Below, piece by piece: positions 9,967 to 20,302 of a stretch of DNA of 64,000 bases. How positions within the stretch are numbered: the first letter of the stretch is position 1; each line of letters begins with the position of its first letter. The stretch is from Chloroflexota bacterium. GTDB lineage: Bacteria > Chloroflexota > UBA11872 > VXOZ01. Both the position numbers and the translations under genes were made by a program. The notes under the pieces were generated by a model. That model had not been told where the DNA came from, did no database searches, and was given only the letters and a program-made list of their open reading frames with translations. The stretch spans positions 1,344,001 through 1,408,000 of the forward strand of contig OZ244922.1 in the NCBI GenBank assembly GCA_965221905.1, in the 5' to 3' direction.

Positions 9967-11045
9967 AGGCGCTGTGGACACTCACCTACTACACGGGCGT
10001 GCAGTTCGCGCGCGACAAGGTAGCGCTCTTTTGGACGCTGGCCTTCCCGGTGGTGTTGATGGTCATCATCGGCTCTGTATTTGGAGAATCCGGTAGCGTG
10101 TCGATGCCGGTTGGCCTGGTGATTTTGGATGAGGGCCCGGCCGGTCAGACGGTAGCGCAGGCGCTCGCAGGGATAGCGCTCTTCGAGGTAACTACCGGCT
10201 CTGAGGAAGACGAGCTAACGGCACTTAGCAAAGGCGACCGACGGGCCGTGGTGGTTATCCCGGAGGACCTTTCTGCCGCGTGGCAGAGGCGTGAGCTGGC
10301 GACTATCCAGGTTCATCTCGATGTAAGCCAGCAACAGTCTGCGGGGACGGCGTTGAGCATCGTGCAACAGGTGGTGGAAGGCGTGCAGCGCGAGTTTACG
10401 CAGCAGCCCAGTTTGGTGGCAATCGAAACCCGCTCGGTACAAGCGGAGCGATTTCGTCCCATTGACTACATTGCACCGGGGATACTGGCGCTCTCGATCG
10501 CGCAGCTCGGTCTCTTTGGCGCAACAACCCTGGTGGAGCAACGGCAGCAACGGCTCCTACGGCGTCTGCAAGCCACCCCTGTATCCCGCTGGATGGTGCT
10601 CATAAGCATGATAATCGTGCGGCTCGTGACCGCGTTTGTGCAGACCGGCATTCTGCTTGGCGTCGCATTAGCGCTCTTCCGCATCCAAGTGGTGGGGTCT
10701 TGGCCTGCGATCATTGGCATTGTCATCTTTGGCACCCTGGTCTTCATTGCGCTCGGCTTTTTGTTGGGTGCGCTGGCGCCCAGTGCGGAAGCGCTGATCG
10801 CCATCGTGCAGATGGTGAACTTTCCCATGATGTTTCTTTCAGGCGCGTTGTTTCCCCTTGACTTCCTGCCGGAGTTCCTGCACCCCATCGCCGTGGTGCT
10901 TCCGCTCACCTATCTAGCCGACATTCTGCGCCAGATCATGGTGGACGCGACTCCCTATGCGTCGATAGTGCAGGGCGCTGGAATTCTGCTGCTATTCATG
11001 ATTGCGTCCGCACTGCTCGCCTGGCGCTTCTTCCGCTGGGAATAG
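9963..11045 (+). CDS. ABC-2 type exporter permease
   Basis: GTGA overlap with the ATPase; LFWTLAFP, LRRLQATP, FLSGALFP, C-terminal FFRWE. Confidence 0.92.
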   Translation: MKALWTLTYYTGVQFARDKVALFWTLAFPVVLMVIIGSVFGESGSVSMPVGLVILDEGPAGQTVAQALAGIALFEVTTGSEEDELTALSKGDRRAVVVIPEDLSAAWQRRELATIQVHLDVSQQQSAGTALSIVQQVVEGVQREFTQQPSLVAIETRSVQAERFRPIDYIAPGILALSIAQLGLFGATTLVEQRQQRLLRRLQATPVSRWMVLISMIIVRLVTAFVQTGILLGVALALFRIQVVGSWPAIIGIVIFGTLVFIALGFLLGALAPSAEALIAIVQMVNFPMMFLSGALFPLDFLPEFLHPIAVVLPLTYLADILRQIMVDATPYASIVQGAGILLLFMIASALLAWRFFRWE

Positions 11046-11233
11046 TACGATCGCAGCCATTTGTCCGCTCCGGCGGGTTGGCTTCGCTCCCTTCCCTGAC
11101 GTGATTGGGGCACATTCGCTTGAGAGCGGGAGAGACGTTGCTGACCGGGCGAATCGCAGTGTGCAGGTGCAAAATCTATGCGACTTGGAACGGACGGAAG
11201 GGATAGAAGTCTGGGCGAGTGTGGGATCTGAGG

Positions 11234-11306
11234 AGCGGGAGACGGGACTCGAACCCGCGACATCCAGCTTGGAAGGCTAGCGCTCTACCAACTGAGCTAC
11301 TCCCGC
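11234..11306 (-). tRNA. tRNA-Gly (anticodon TCC), copy 1
   Basis: GCGGGAGTAGCTCAGTTGGTAGAGCGCTAGCCTTCCAAGCTGGATGTCGCGGGTTCGAGTCCCGTCTCCCGCT folds as a cloverleaf; CCA not encoded (CCT). Confidence 0.97.
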
Positions 11307-11775
11307 AGCAAGCTCTGCTAAATTCAATTATAGCCCAGTAAAGGGTGAGGCGAAATGGCAGCCCGCTGCGAGCGGCTGGGGTAGTCGACATGGCCCCTGT
11401 GGTGCTCTGGTTGCCTCATCTCCTGCCTATTTCCGTTTCTCAGCCACCTAGCTGTCACGGATTCATGCGTATGCAGATCATGCGCAGACCACCCCTGTCT
11501 ACCAAGCATCCCGCCGGAGGAGACTTTTGCAACAGGCTCGCCGATTCTGGGTACCTTTGACAGCATGCCCTTTCTATATGCTGTCAAGTCACTTCTCCTA
11601 CTGGAGCGTATCGGCTGCCTGCGCCGCGTGTATGGGTGAACAGCGAGGATGAGCGCAAGGGAACGCAAGGCCCTCGGGGATGAGGGAGAAGTTATCATGC
11701 CTTAGCACAGGAGCGAGAGCCTGCGAGGGGTGAAAAGAGCATGGCTGGCGTGGTTGAAAGCTGGTGGCAAGTTCC

Positions 11776-11803
11776 TTGACATTGCGGGGGGTAGTGCTAT
11801 ACT
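11776..11803 (+). promoter_or_regulatory. Sigma70-type promoter for the SBP gene
   Basis: TTGACA-16 nt-TATACT, with TG extension. Confidence 0.6.
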
Positions 11804-11890
11804 CTCAGCAGTGGCGAGGAAGGGATACTTTGTATCTCGAACTCGTTCATATGGGAAATGTCGGGTAGAAGACTGATGGAGGTCAGAACC

Positions 11891-13270
11891 ATGGCAGCGA
11901 GCTTCAGTACGATTACGCGACGACAGGTGCTTGCAGCAACGGTAGGAGCGGCGAGCGCCTTGACACTGGCAGCGTGCGGCGCAGTACCTGCAGCACCGCC
12001 CGCCGAGGCTCCGAAAACTGAGGAGAAGCCAGCGCCGAAGGCAGCGGCGCCCCCGGAGACTGGGGTGAGGGAAATCACCATCTCTAACTATCACAGCCCG
12101 GAAGATGCGCGCTGGAAAGCCCTCTCGGAGACATATCGAATCGGCGAGGAGGCGCTGGGGATCAAGATCAACACTACGCCGGAATACCGTGAGGTGAACA
12201 CGAAGCGCGCCACCGAGTGGGCGGCGGGAACCGCCACCGTTGACATCACGTACAACCAGCTCAACTGGTTTCTCCCCTGGGGCCTCAGCGGCATGCTTGT
12301 GGACCTCAACCCGTATTTCTCTAAAGGTCCACGCAAGAAGGCAGATTACTTTACCACAGATTTGGAATCATGGGGTTGGGGAGGCAAGTTGTACGCGCTG
12401 ACGTTCCAATTCGGCGGTGAGTGCTTCATGTTCAACCGGCAACTCTTCGACAAGGCTGGACTCAATTACCCCACCAAAGACTGGACCTACGATGACCTGC
12501 TGGAAATGGGTCGCAAACTGACCAATCCGGATGAGAAGCGCTGGGCTGTGCGGGTGGCGCAGAACCACATCTTCTACATGCATGGCACCTATGTCCTCAA
12601 TTTCGGTGGGCCACTCCTGGATGAGAAAAAGGAAAAAGCCCTATTCGGCGAAGATCCGGGCGCCATTGCAGGTACCCAGTACAATGTTGACCTGCACCTC
12701 AAGCATCAGTTCACACCGCCCGCTGAGCTGCGGGAGCAACTCCCGCAGGGTCAGAGTTACCTGGAGGCAGGGTTTGTGGCCATGGAGGACAACGGCATCT
12801 TTCGCCACAACACGATCCGGAAGTTTCTGGGAGAGAGCCTGGACTTTGCGCCACCGCCAAAGGGCGTCAACCAGCGGGCAGCCGTGCTCGGTAATGCGTA
12901 TTCCATTTTGTCACTGTCCAAGGTCCAAGACCTGGCCTGGGACTTCCTGATGTGGCTACACTCTGAACAGGGATTCCTGGAAACGCCGCAGTTCGGCGCC
13001 ATCGCGTGGCCGCCGGTGATCACATATGCCAGGCATCCCAAGTGGTTGGAGCCGTTCAAGGGCACCCAGGTGCTCGACGCGGTAGATGTTTGGGAAAGCG
13101 GCGGCCATACGTCCGGCGTGCTGCCTGAGCGTGGCGAGGTACTCAAGGTCGCGAGAGCGGAAATGGGACGTATGATCAAGGGCGAGACCACGGTGCCGGA
13201 AGGGCTGCGGACCATGGGAGACCAAATGAACTCGATCCTCGCGCAGCGCCCCCCTGAGTGGCGACAGTAG
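11891..13270 (+). CDS. ABC sugar-type extracellular solute-binding lipoprotein (Tat signal)
   Basis: GGAGG RBS; TRRQVL twin-arginine and LAAC lipobox, Pro/Ala linker, FNRQLFDKAGL..P..DWT.DD, AWDFL. Confidence 0.9.
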   Translation: MAASFSTITRRQVLAATVGAASALTLAACGAVPAAPPAEAPKTEEKPAPKAAAPPETGVREITISNYHSPEDARWKALSETYRIGEEALGIKINTTPEYREVNTKRATEWAAGTATVDITYNQLNWFLPWGLSGMLVDLNPYFSKGPRKKADYFTTDLESWGWGGKLYALTFQFGGECFMFNRQLFDKAGLNYPTKDWTYDDLLEMGRKLTNPDEKRWAVRVAQNHIFYMHGTYVLNFGGPLLDEKKEKALFGEDPGAIAGTQYNVDLHLKHQFTPPAELREQLPQGQSYLEAGFVAMEDNGIFRHNTIRKFLGESLDFAPPPKGVNQRAAVLGNAYSILSLSKVQDLAWDFLMWLHSEQGFLETPQFGAIAWPPVITYARHPKWLEPFKGTQVLDAVDVWESGGHTSGVLPERGEVLKVARAEMGRMIKGETTVPEGLRTMGDQMNSILAQRPPEWRQ

Positions 13271-13380
13271 ATCACTTGGAGGAGACGGTGCTCGGTTGCG
13301 GTTCGTTCCCAATCTAGCATGGACATGAGTCATCACGAATAGAATGAGTCGAACAGTTGCACATCACAGAGGAGTGTGTG

Positions 13381-14055
13381 ATGGCGAAGGTAGTTAGTAC
13401 AGAGGCGCTTGCGCTTGAGGGCGGCCCGTAGTCTGTGACTGCGCCGATGAATGATCGTTGGGAGAAAGTGAGCGCGCTGGAAAAACAGTATGTGAATGCT
13501 GTTCTCGACAACTACGGCAGCGCCTACGATGAGATCGAGAAGTTTGAGGCACAGTTCCGGGAATTCGTCGGCACGCGCTATGCCCTCGCCCATTGCAATG
13601 GCACTTCCACCATCCACGCGGCGGTTTTTGCCTCTGGTGCCCGCCGGGGGAAAGAGGTCATCGTGCCGTCGGTTACCTGGCACGCCAGTATCACGCCTAT
13701 TCTGCACTGCAATGCCGCGCCAGTGTTCTGTGACATTGATCTGGAGACATTCTGCGCAGATCCAGAAGATGTGCGACGCAAAATCATGCCGAACACATGT
13801 GCCGTCATCGTTACTCATGTATAAGGGAATCCGGCTGACATGGATGTCTTCCGCGAGATTGTGGAAGGAACAGACATTCTTCTGATTGAAGATGCATCTC
13901 ATGCCCACGGAGCACTGTGGGAGGGGAAGCCGGTCGGTTCGCTCGGAGACATCGGAAGCTCTAGTATGCAGGGCGGTAAGGCGGTCACTGGCATTTAGGC
14001 TGGCGTTGCCACAACAAACGATGCCGATCTCTATGACCGGATGCTGGCCCGCGGG
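13381..14055 (+). pseudogene. DegT/DnrJ/EryC1/StrS PLP aminotransferase pseudogene
   Basis: One frame reads LALEGGP*...NGTS.IH...EVIVPSVT...PVFCDID...THV*GNPADMD...IEDASHAHGA...VGSLGD...MQGGK; in-frame stops at 13429, 13822 and 13996; C-terminal part missing. Confidence 0.9.
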
Positions 14056-14166
14056 GACGAGCCAGAGATCTCCCTGTTTGTCTGTATTTTTGTGGACCGT
14101 CGCATCGCAACGAGACAACGCAAAAAAGCGAGGGCCAAGCCACAAAGAAGAGCGAGCAACGGAGGG

Positions 14167-14239
14167 AGCGGGAGACGGGACTCGAACCCGCGACATCCAG
14201 CTTGGAAGGCTAGCGCTCTGCCAACTGAGCTACTCCCGC
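14167..14239 (-). tRNA. tRNA-Gly (anticodon TCC), copy 2
   Basis: Identical to 11234..11306 except one D-loop base (TTGGCAGAG vs TTGGTAGAG). Confidence 0.96.
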
Positions 14240-14416
14240 AACAAGCTCTGCTTACGTCAATTATAGACCAGTAAAGGGTGAGGCGAAATGGCAGCCCGCC
14301 GCGACGCGGCGCGTCTTTCGCGAGACCTCAACCGATCAGTGCTCATGCCATCACTTTCCCGCCAAAGGGGCTTGCGGCAGTGGTACGTGCGGTCGGATGC
14401 GGTATAATCAATTGCA

Positions 14417-14779
14417 ATGAAACGGCAATTGACTGGACAGCATGGTTTTGGCAAGTACGTGCTGCAGCTTCTCACGGAACGCCCGCGGGAACTCATCGAG
14501 CCGTCGATAGACGAAAGCCCGGTGCCGGGGTGGGTGCTGATTTGGATGCTGATTCTCATTAAGCTCTTCATCGGCGGGGCAATTCTCTTCTTCTTCAGCG
14601 CCGAGGATTCGCTCGTCTTCGTCATCGGCACGCATTGGATGGCGCCGGCGGCGATTGTGGTACTGCTCATGCCCTTGGCACTCTTTTGGGGACGGCTCTG
14701 GCGGGTTCGCTTGCGGCGAGCAGAGCTCCAGCGTGCAGAGTGGGAGCTTGAGAAGCCCCGTAAGCGGATAGAGCGGTAA
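14417..14779 (+). CDS. Hypothetical two-TM membrane protein
   Basis: Two hydrophobic segments and a basic C-tail (RVRLRRAELQRAEW); TATAAT just upstream at 14403. Confidence 0.6.
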   Translation: MKRQLTGQHGFGKYVLQLLTERPRELIEPSIDESPVPGWVLIWMLILIKLFIGGAILFFFSAEDSLVFVIGTHWMAPAAIVVLLMPLALFWGRLWRVRLRRAELQRAEWELEKPRKRIER

Positions 14780-14867
14780 TCGTGCCCGGTTGGAGGCCCT
14801 TCTTTCCTTAAGGAATCCGCTTCCACACCGCAAAGCGCCCTAGCTGCAAGAAGCGTCCGTTAGGTAC

Positions 14868-14896
14868 TTGACTTTTGTGTTAACATAGACTATCCT
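14868..14896 (+). promoter_or_regulatory. Sigma70-type promoter
   Basis: TTGACT-17 nt-TATCCT upstream of the second SBP gene. Confidence 0.5.
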
Positions 14897-15028
14897 TGCA
14901 CGGTTAGGATGGGAGGATTCTCATCCGGGGTTGTTTGTGTAGAATGACCTAAGCGAATGGATAGTTCCTCTGTTTTCAGGTGCAAGAAACCAACAGAGGG
15001 AGCGAATGCCACACATAGGAGGCTGAGT

Positions 15029-16381
15029 ATGCGAAAAGGTTTGTCACGTCGAACGTTTCTCGGGGGAAGTGCGCTGGCCGGCGCAGGGCTGCTATTGGCA
15101 GCTTGCGGCCAAGCGCAGATGATGACGGAGGATGCTCCGGCCAAGGAAGAGATGGCCGAGGAGCCCAAGGCTGCAGAGACAACAGAGGCGCCTGAAGCCG
15201 CAGTGGTTAACTACCTGCACGTGGACCTGGCTCAGAACGAGATTTGGCAGAACTCCTGGGGTAGCATCTTTGATACCTTCGCGGACAAGAATCCGGACCT
15301 GAATCTCACCGTAACCGGTACGAGCTTCGGCGAATTGCCGGCTAAGGCCGGCGCGGCCCAGGCGGGCGGAATTGCCTTTGATGCCGTTTACGGCTACTTT
15401 GCCTGGTTGGGCCCGTTCATCGGCTCCGAAATCATCACGAACCTCGACCCCTATCTGGCCGCGGATGCCGACGTTTCTCCCGATGACTTCTATGATGCCA
15501 CGACAGAGAGGTACCAGGGCAAGATATACGGCTTGGCGTGGTTCAGCAACGGCAAAGAGATTTGGTTCAACAAGAATCTCTTCACCGAGGCGGGCCTGAA
15601 GAACCCAGCCGAGAAGGAAGCCGATGGCGAGTGGACCTATGAAGCGCTCTTGGAGGACGCCAAGGTGCTGACCAAGATGGAAGGCGATGAGATCGTGCAG
15701 GGCGGCGTGCGACTCTACGCCGGTTACACGTCCTACCTTTGCATGTATGCCTGGGCGTACGGCGCCGATTTCTGGGATGCGGGCTGCACAATGCCCACCT
15801 TCACGACCGACTCCTTCCGCGACGCAGTGCAGTTCCACGTGGACGTGGCGCTGAAACACAAGGTGATGGGCGGCTCATACACTGAGGGCACGCAAGCCAT
15901 GTTCAACAGCGGCTCCTTCAACGTCCGCACCTTCGAGGCCAAGATCACGCCGAACAATCTCTTTGAGATTGGCATGGCGCCGATGCCGAACGGTCCTGCC
16001 GGACGTGAGATCGCTTTGGCAAACAACGCCATGTATCTCGGCGGCTCCGGTGTGAACCCCGACGGTGGTTGGGAGTTCCTGAAGCATACGTTCAGCGCCG
16101 ACGTGGTTGATGCCGTTGCCGCCATGGGTGGCGGTCGCTATGTTGCCAACAAGAATATCACGCCGGCAACAACCACCGACTATGAGGATGTCAACGTCTA
16201 TCTCATGCAGGCTGCCAATAGCCGCATTACCCCCACGATATTCAAGCAGACCGAGTTCAACGCCGGTTGGCGGGAGACGTGGGACGAGATGGTTGCGGGC
16301 ACTCTGACGGTGCCCGAGGGACTGGAGCGCACGCAGGGTCAGTTGGAGAACTGGCTGGCCGATGGCGGCTGCATCCAGTAG
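15029..16381 (+). CDS. ABC sugar-type extracellular solute-binding lipoprotein (Tat signal)
   Basis: AGGAGG RBS; SRRTFL and LAAC; WFNKNLFTEAGL..P....WTYE; GWEFLK. Confidence 0.9.
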   Translation: MRKGLSRRTFLGGSALAGAGLLLAACGQAQMMTEDAPAKEEMAEEPKAAETTEAPEAAVVNYLHVDLAQNEIWQNSWGSIFDTFADKNPDLNLTVTGTSFGELPAKAGAAQAGGIAFDAVYGYFAWLGPFIGSEIITNLDPYLAADADVSPDDFYDATTERYQGKIYGLAWFSNGKEIWFNKNLFTEAGLKNPAEKEADGEWTYEALLEDAKVLTKMEGDEIVQGGVRLYAGYTSYLCMYAWAYGADFWDAGCTMPTFTTDSFRDAVQFHVDVALKHKVMGGSYTEGTQAMFNSGSFNVRTFEAKITPNNLFEIGMAPMPNGPAGREIALANNAMYLGGSGVNPDGGWEFLKHTFSADVVDAVAAMGGGRYVANKNITPATTTDYEDVNVYLMQAANSRITPTIFKQTEFNAGWRETWDEMVAGTLTVPEGLERTQGQLENWLADGGCIQ

Positions 16382-16402
16382 TTGCTAGTATTCTAGTACA
16401 TA

Positions 16403-16443
16403 AGAAGAGGAGTACCCATTCAGGGTACTCCTCTTCTGTTTTC
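16403..16443 (+). terminator. Rho-independent terminator
   Basis: AGAAGAGGAGTACCC-ATTCA-GGGTACTCCTCTTCT perfect 15-bp stem, followed by GTTTTC. Confidence 0.8.
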
Positions 16444-16514
16444 TTCAAGGGCAACTTGCCTTCTACTCGGAATTAGTAGACCTAGGCTGGAAGCCTTTAC
16501 GAGGCAGCGGTTCT

Positions 16515-16631
16515 TGTCATTCCGAGCGCAGCGGCGAACCAGAGTTCGAGGAATCTAGAAAGCTCCCGACTCTAGATACTTCGTCGCGGAGTCTATTCTG
16601 AGCCTGCCAAAGGGCTCCTCAGAGAATGACA
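16515..16631. repeat. TGTCATTC...GAATGACA palindromic REP/MITE-like element
   Basis: Terminal TGTCATTC/GAATGACA with internal GAGGAATCTAGA/TCTAGATACTTC arms; better-preserved copy at 27865. Confidence 0.7.
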
Positions 16632-16895
16632 GTTTGAGGGTCTGGCTTAGGCCTAGGTACGGCCACGTGACTTGCATGTGACCCATCTAAGCCCAAAGCT
16701 ACTAATTCCGCTTCTACTTAGTCTTGCATTGCCCATGCTGCGAAGCTTCGGTACTGCCAGGTGGGCCTGAGTCGACAATGGCGTAGCGAACTTACTCTCT
16801 GCCATCGGACTGCTTGCGGCACTTCCGGGAAAGCGTCCAGACCCCAAGCTGCCCATGAGTCTGTGCGCTAGCACGTGTGGCCGGATTGTGTCTAT

Positions 16896-19800
16896 CTATC
16901 GTAAGTCCGCTGGCAGCCCTGCCCGCTTACCGTGGACGCGTTGGGTCTTGAATCGGTTTCGCAAAGGGTAGAGAAGGATCATAAGCCAAATGAAGAGTGC
17001 TGCCAGGGAGATACGCACGCCCCAGCGCCAGGAGGCAGGTTGGTAGGCAAACTCCACGGTGCTGCTGCCCTGCGGAATGGCAACTGCCCGGAATAGTACG
17101 TTGGCTGGGTAGATGGGAGCCGCATCGCCATTCACGGTGGCCTGCCAGCCCGGATAATAGGTATCGGTGAGCAGGAGCCACGCGGGAGCATCGGATTCCA
17201 CACGGATGCGTACGCGCTCCGGCGCGTGGGTTTCGACATCCACGGAACTCTCTTGCGACGACGGATAGGACAGCAACGCCGAGGCATTCTCAAGGACAAC
17301 CTGCATTGCGGGGTCAAAATCCGGGTCTCGCAGGCGCCTAACGGCTTCTTCGGAGTCTGCCACCGTCACTGCACTTCCGACAAGAAACGCGCGCGGCAAG
17401 ACGTTAGGGTTGCGGTAGAGCACGCCGCCGCGCAATCCCTGCTGCTCCATTACGAAGTCAAGCTCGGAGAGGTCCAACGGCGGCGTAGGCCGATACTGCT
17501 TATCCAGCACGATATACTCGACGTTCAGCAGACTAAGCAGCCGCAAGTCATGGAGCGTATCGTAGTCAATGCGGTGATGGTCGGAATAGAAGCCCGTATA
17601 GCCACCGGTAGAAGAAGACGCGGCAAGCGGGTCCAAGCCGTTGACAAGGTGGGCGAACTGCAGGACTCGCAAAGGGTAAAGCGCGTTGTAACCGCGCGCA
17701 TCGGAAAGGCCGTATACCATTGCCGAGTTTGACAGAAAGGTTGTCCGCGGCACGCCGATGATGCGAAAGAGCCGCTCTTCCCGCTGTTCCTGCAAATAGG
17801 CGGTCATTGGCGTAGGAGGATAGAGCGCGGAGACAGGGACGTATGTGTAGAGCGGAGCGGCAAAGCCAGCAAGATCAAGGATTGTAGCCGCGGTCAAGAG
17901 AGCAATGCAGCTGATCGGTATATGCTTGCCCCAGCGGAGCACGAGAAGCAGCGCGCCACCGCTTACCAGCGCCATGGCCACGAACCACATGAGGCTGTCA
18001 CGCAATGCCGAGAGAGCCTTAGGATACTGTTCTGCCATCGGAGCGGGCCACTCTTGTATGGCGAAAGCGATTGTTGCTGCTCCTAGCAAGATAGCTGCAA
18101 AGGCCGCAAACAGTGGCAGTATCCGGCCCGGGGATAGCTTCACGTGGGCGAGCACAGCCTTAGCTCCAAAAGCAGCCATTAGGGCCAACCCAAATTTTGC
18201 CAAGAGCAAGATGCGGCCCTGCTGGGGGAAAAGCTGGTAAGGTGGGAAAATCGTAGCAAGAATCTCAGGCTTCGGCCAAGCCAGGGCTAACAAGAGACCA
18301 ACTATAGTGACCGCTGCACCCCACGCGAGATAACGATTTGGGCGCGTCCACCAGGCCAAGAACGCTAAGGTTAGCGGCAGTAAGCCCACATACAACGATG
18401 TTTGGACCAAGTTACCAGCGCCCCAAATTGTGCCCGAAGGCGGGTAACCTGCAAGTCCCGGTAACAGCAGGAATAGCAATTGCGGGAATTGCAGTGGAAT
18501 ATGAGCCGTGGGCCCTGTAATAGCTGCGCGATGGGACAATTGCGTTAGCTCCAAACTCGGTAGAAGCTGTGCCGCTGCGATGGCTAAGCCCAAGACTGCG
18601 CTGCCCGTGAGAATTCCAAATTGAATAAGCAGCGTGTCCTTGTTCAACTCTTTTCGAATCCAACGTGCTGCCAGCATCCAAGCCGCATAGAGGCCAATTG
18701 CCAGCGAAATGTAAAAGGCCACTTGCGTATTCCCAAGCAATGCCAGCCCGATCGCGCTGGCAATCACAAGCGCTCCCCAGCGGCAATGGCCTCGCAAAGT
18801 TATCTCAATGCCCACCAGTGCCATGGGTAGGAGCCACACCACACTTGCCTGCATGTAGCTGAGAATCAGCCACCAAGTGGCGACTGAGGCAAGCGTAAAC
18901 GTAATCCCTCCTACCAAGGCGGCTCCGCGCGGAAGTTCGATGACGCGCAGAAAGGCGTACATGCTGATGCCGGCCAGTGCCAGGTAAAGCGGAGATACGG
19001 CAGCAATCGCTGCTCCCGGTGGAAGTATGGCAAACAACACGTGTAGAGGCTGGAGCAGTTGCGTGTTGGTAGACTCTGCGAGGAAGGGCGTACCCGCAAA
19101 TACGTAGGGGTTCCATAAAGGTAAGAGGGTGCTGTCTGCAACCCAATGTCGAAAATGGGCGTATGGATACACCTGCCAAAGTGTGTCCGATCCTACGGGA
19201 TTCCGAACCACCGGCGGGCCGTTTGTCAGCAAACCGCCCCAGGGTGGGCCGTAGGGCAGGAGGTCGGCGGGAATCGGCACGCGGCCGGTGAAGATCGGCC
19301 AGAAGAAGAGTAGTGCAATCCCAACGAGAAGGGCAATGGCGAGCAAGTCCTGCACGAATAGAATAGTGCGAGGGTTGAGGGCCGGAATCCTGGAGAATGC
19401 GTTTGCCCAGTGCGGCGCAGACCGATTGAGTATGGCTTCATGGATGACAATGGCTGCTCCAATGGGCACGAAGATTACCGTCCATTGGAGCAGAGGATGA
19501 GAACTGAGGGTGTGATTGAAGCCATCGGAGAGATAGACAAGCACGAGTAACGGCAAAGTGACGGCAAGCGGGATATCGGTTAGAGCGGTGCGCCGCTGAG
19601 CACTGAGCGACGTGCCTGTGGCCCCCATTCCACGCCGCAAGACAGCGATAAATAAAAGGCGTGTTGCTAAGCTAACAAAGATTATTCCGGCGAGCCACAC
19701 CAGCCACCAGCGGCTCAAAGTCAGCGGCGTGGTGCGCCCCAGGAAGAGGGAGAGACACAATGCGGCCCATGCCGAGGTACTGAGGAACCAAGAGGCCCAG

Positions 19801-19898
19801 AGTGAGAGCTTTCTTACGATCTTGCTCTGCAAAACACCTATGATAGAATTCCCTTCCCTTGCCCTGAATTCCTCAAGCCACAGGCACCGATAACCCAT
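16896..19898 (-). CDS. YfhO-family membrane protein (GT-C-like glycosyltransferase)
   Basis: PLWNPYVFAGTP, QLLPSLEL, LYVG, LLSLLNVEY, NPNVLPRAF, LTDTYYPGWQATVNG, RAVAIPQG...YQP; start codon uncertain. Confidence 0.85.
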   Translation of the reverse strand: MGYRCLWLEEFRAREGNSIIGVLQSKIVRKLSLWASWFLSTSAWAALCLSLFLGRTTPLTLSRWWLVWLAGIIFVSLATRLLFIAVLRRGMGATGTSLSAQRRTALTDIPLAVTLPLLVLVYLSDGFNHTLSSHPLLQWTVIFVPIGAAIVIHEAILNRSAPHWANAFSRIPALNPRTILFVQDLLAIALLVGIALLFFWPIFTGRVPIPADLLPYGPPWGGLLTNGPPVVRNPVGSDTLWQVYPYAHFRHWVADSTLLPLWNPYVFAGTPFLAESTNTQLLQPLHVLFAILPPGAAIAAVSPLYLALAGISMYAFLRVIELPRGAALVGGITFTLASVATWWLILSYMQASVVWLLPMALVGIEITLRGHCRWGALVIASAIGLALLGNTQVAFYISLAIGLYAAWMLAARWIRKELNKDTLLIQFGILTGSAVLGLAIAAAQLLPSLELTQLSHRAAITGPTAHIPLQFPQLLFLLLPGLAGYPPSGTIWGAGNLVQTSLYVGLLPLTLAFLAWWTRPNRYLAWGAAVTIVGLLLALAWPKPEILATIFPPYQLFPQQGRILLLAKFGLALMAAFGAKAVLAHVKLSPGRILPLFAAFAAILLGAATIAFAIQEWPAPMAEQYPKALSALRDSLMWFVAMALVSGGALLLVLRWGKHIPISCIALLTAATILDLAGFAAPLYTYVPVSALYPPTPMTAYLQEQREERLFRIIGVPRTTFLSNSAMVYGLSDARGYNALYPLRVLQFAHLVNGLDPLAASSSTGGYTGFYSDHHRIDYDTLHDLRLLSLLNVEYIVLDKQYRPTPPLDLSELDFVMEQQGLRGGVLYRNPNVLPRAFLVGSAVTVADSEEAVRRLRDPDFDPAMQVVLENASALLSYPSSQESSVDVETHAPERVRIRVESDAPAWLLLTDTYYPGWQATVNGDAAPIYPANVLFRAVAIPQGSSTVEFAYQPASWRWGVRISLAALFIWLMILLYPLRNRFKTQRVHGKRAGLPADLR

Positions 19899-20130
19899 CG
19901 CTTCGGCACTTCATCTGACCTTGAAACGGTAGCACACATCGCGGCTGTGGCGAACGCCGGCAGCTTGCATCAGGGCTGTGACAGCAATGAGCGTTAGGCG
20001 GCAACTTAGATAATGGCGCAGTTGGCGCACAGTGGCGGGAGTGCCAATTCGCGAATTGCAGGTGTAGAATGACTGCTCTGTCAAGCTTTTGCAGTCGCTA
20101 GCGTGCTCCTCGTGCACGTGCAGGCATCTT

Positions 20131-20161
20131 ACGTGACATTATTCACAATGTTCGTTATAAT
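20131..20161 (+). promoter_or_regulatory. Promoter of hisC-hppA overlapped by a GTGA-N6-TCAC palindrome
   Basis: GTGACA-17 nt-TATAAT; ACGTGACATTATTCACAA resembles the Rex/CRP consensus. Confidence 0.45.
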
Positions 20162-20302
20162 GCTCCAGTTGCCAATATGTTGGCGAGGGTTGACTTCTCT
20201 AATTGTCAGGGCTTCTGCACTAATGGCGACCTTGGTCTGCTGGGAGTTGCAGCAAGCGGAAGGCACAATAGCGAAGTACGTGCCGAGGAGGCGAAACAAC
20301 CA

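Noticed and set aside
13381-14055. Stop-codon recoding (e.g. pyrrolysine) in the DegT gene
   Set aside because: The stops are mixed (TAG, TAA), the gene is truncated, and other genes terminate normally at TAG/TAA
11232-14304. Prophage or integrative element at tRNA-Gly
   Set aside because: No integrase or phage genes, and the duplication covers the promoter side rather than a 3' att core
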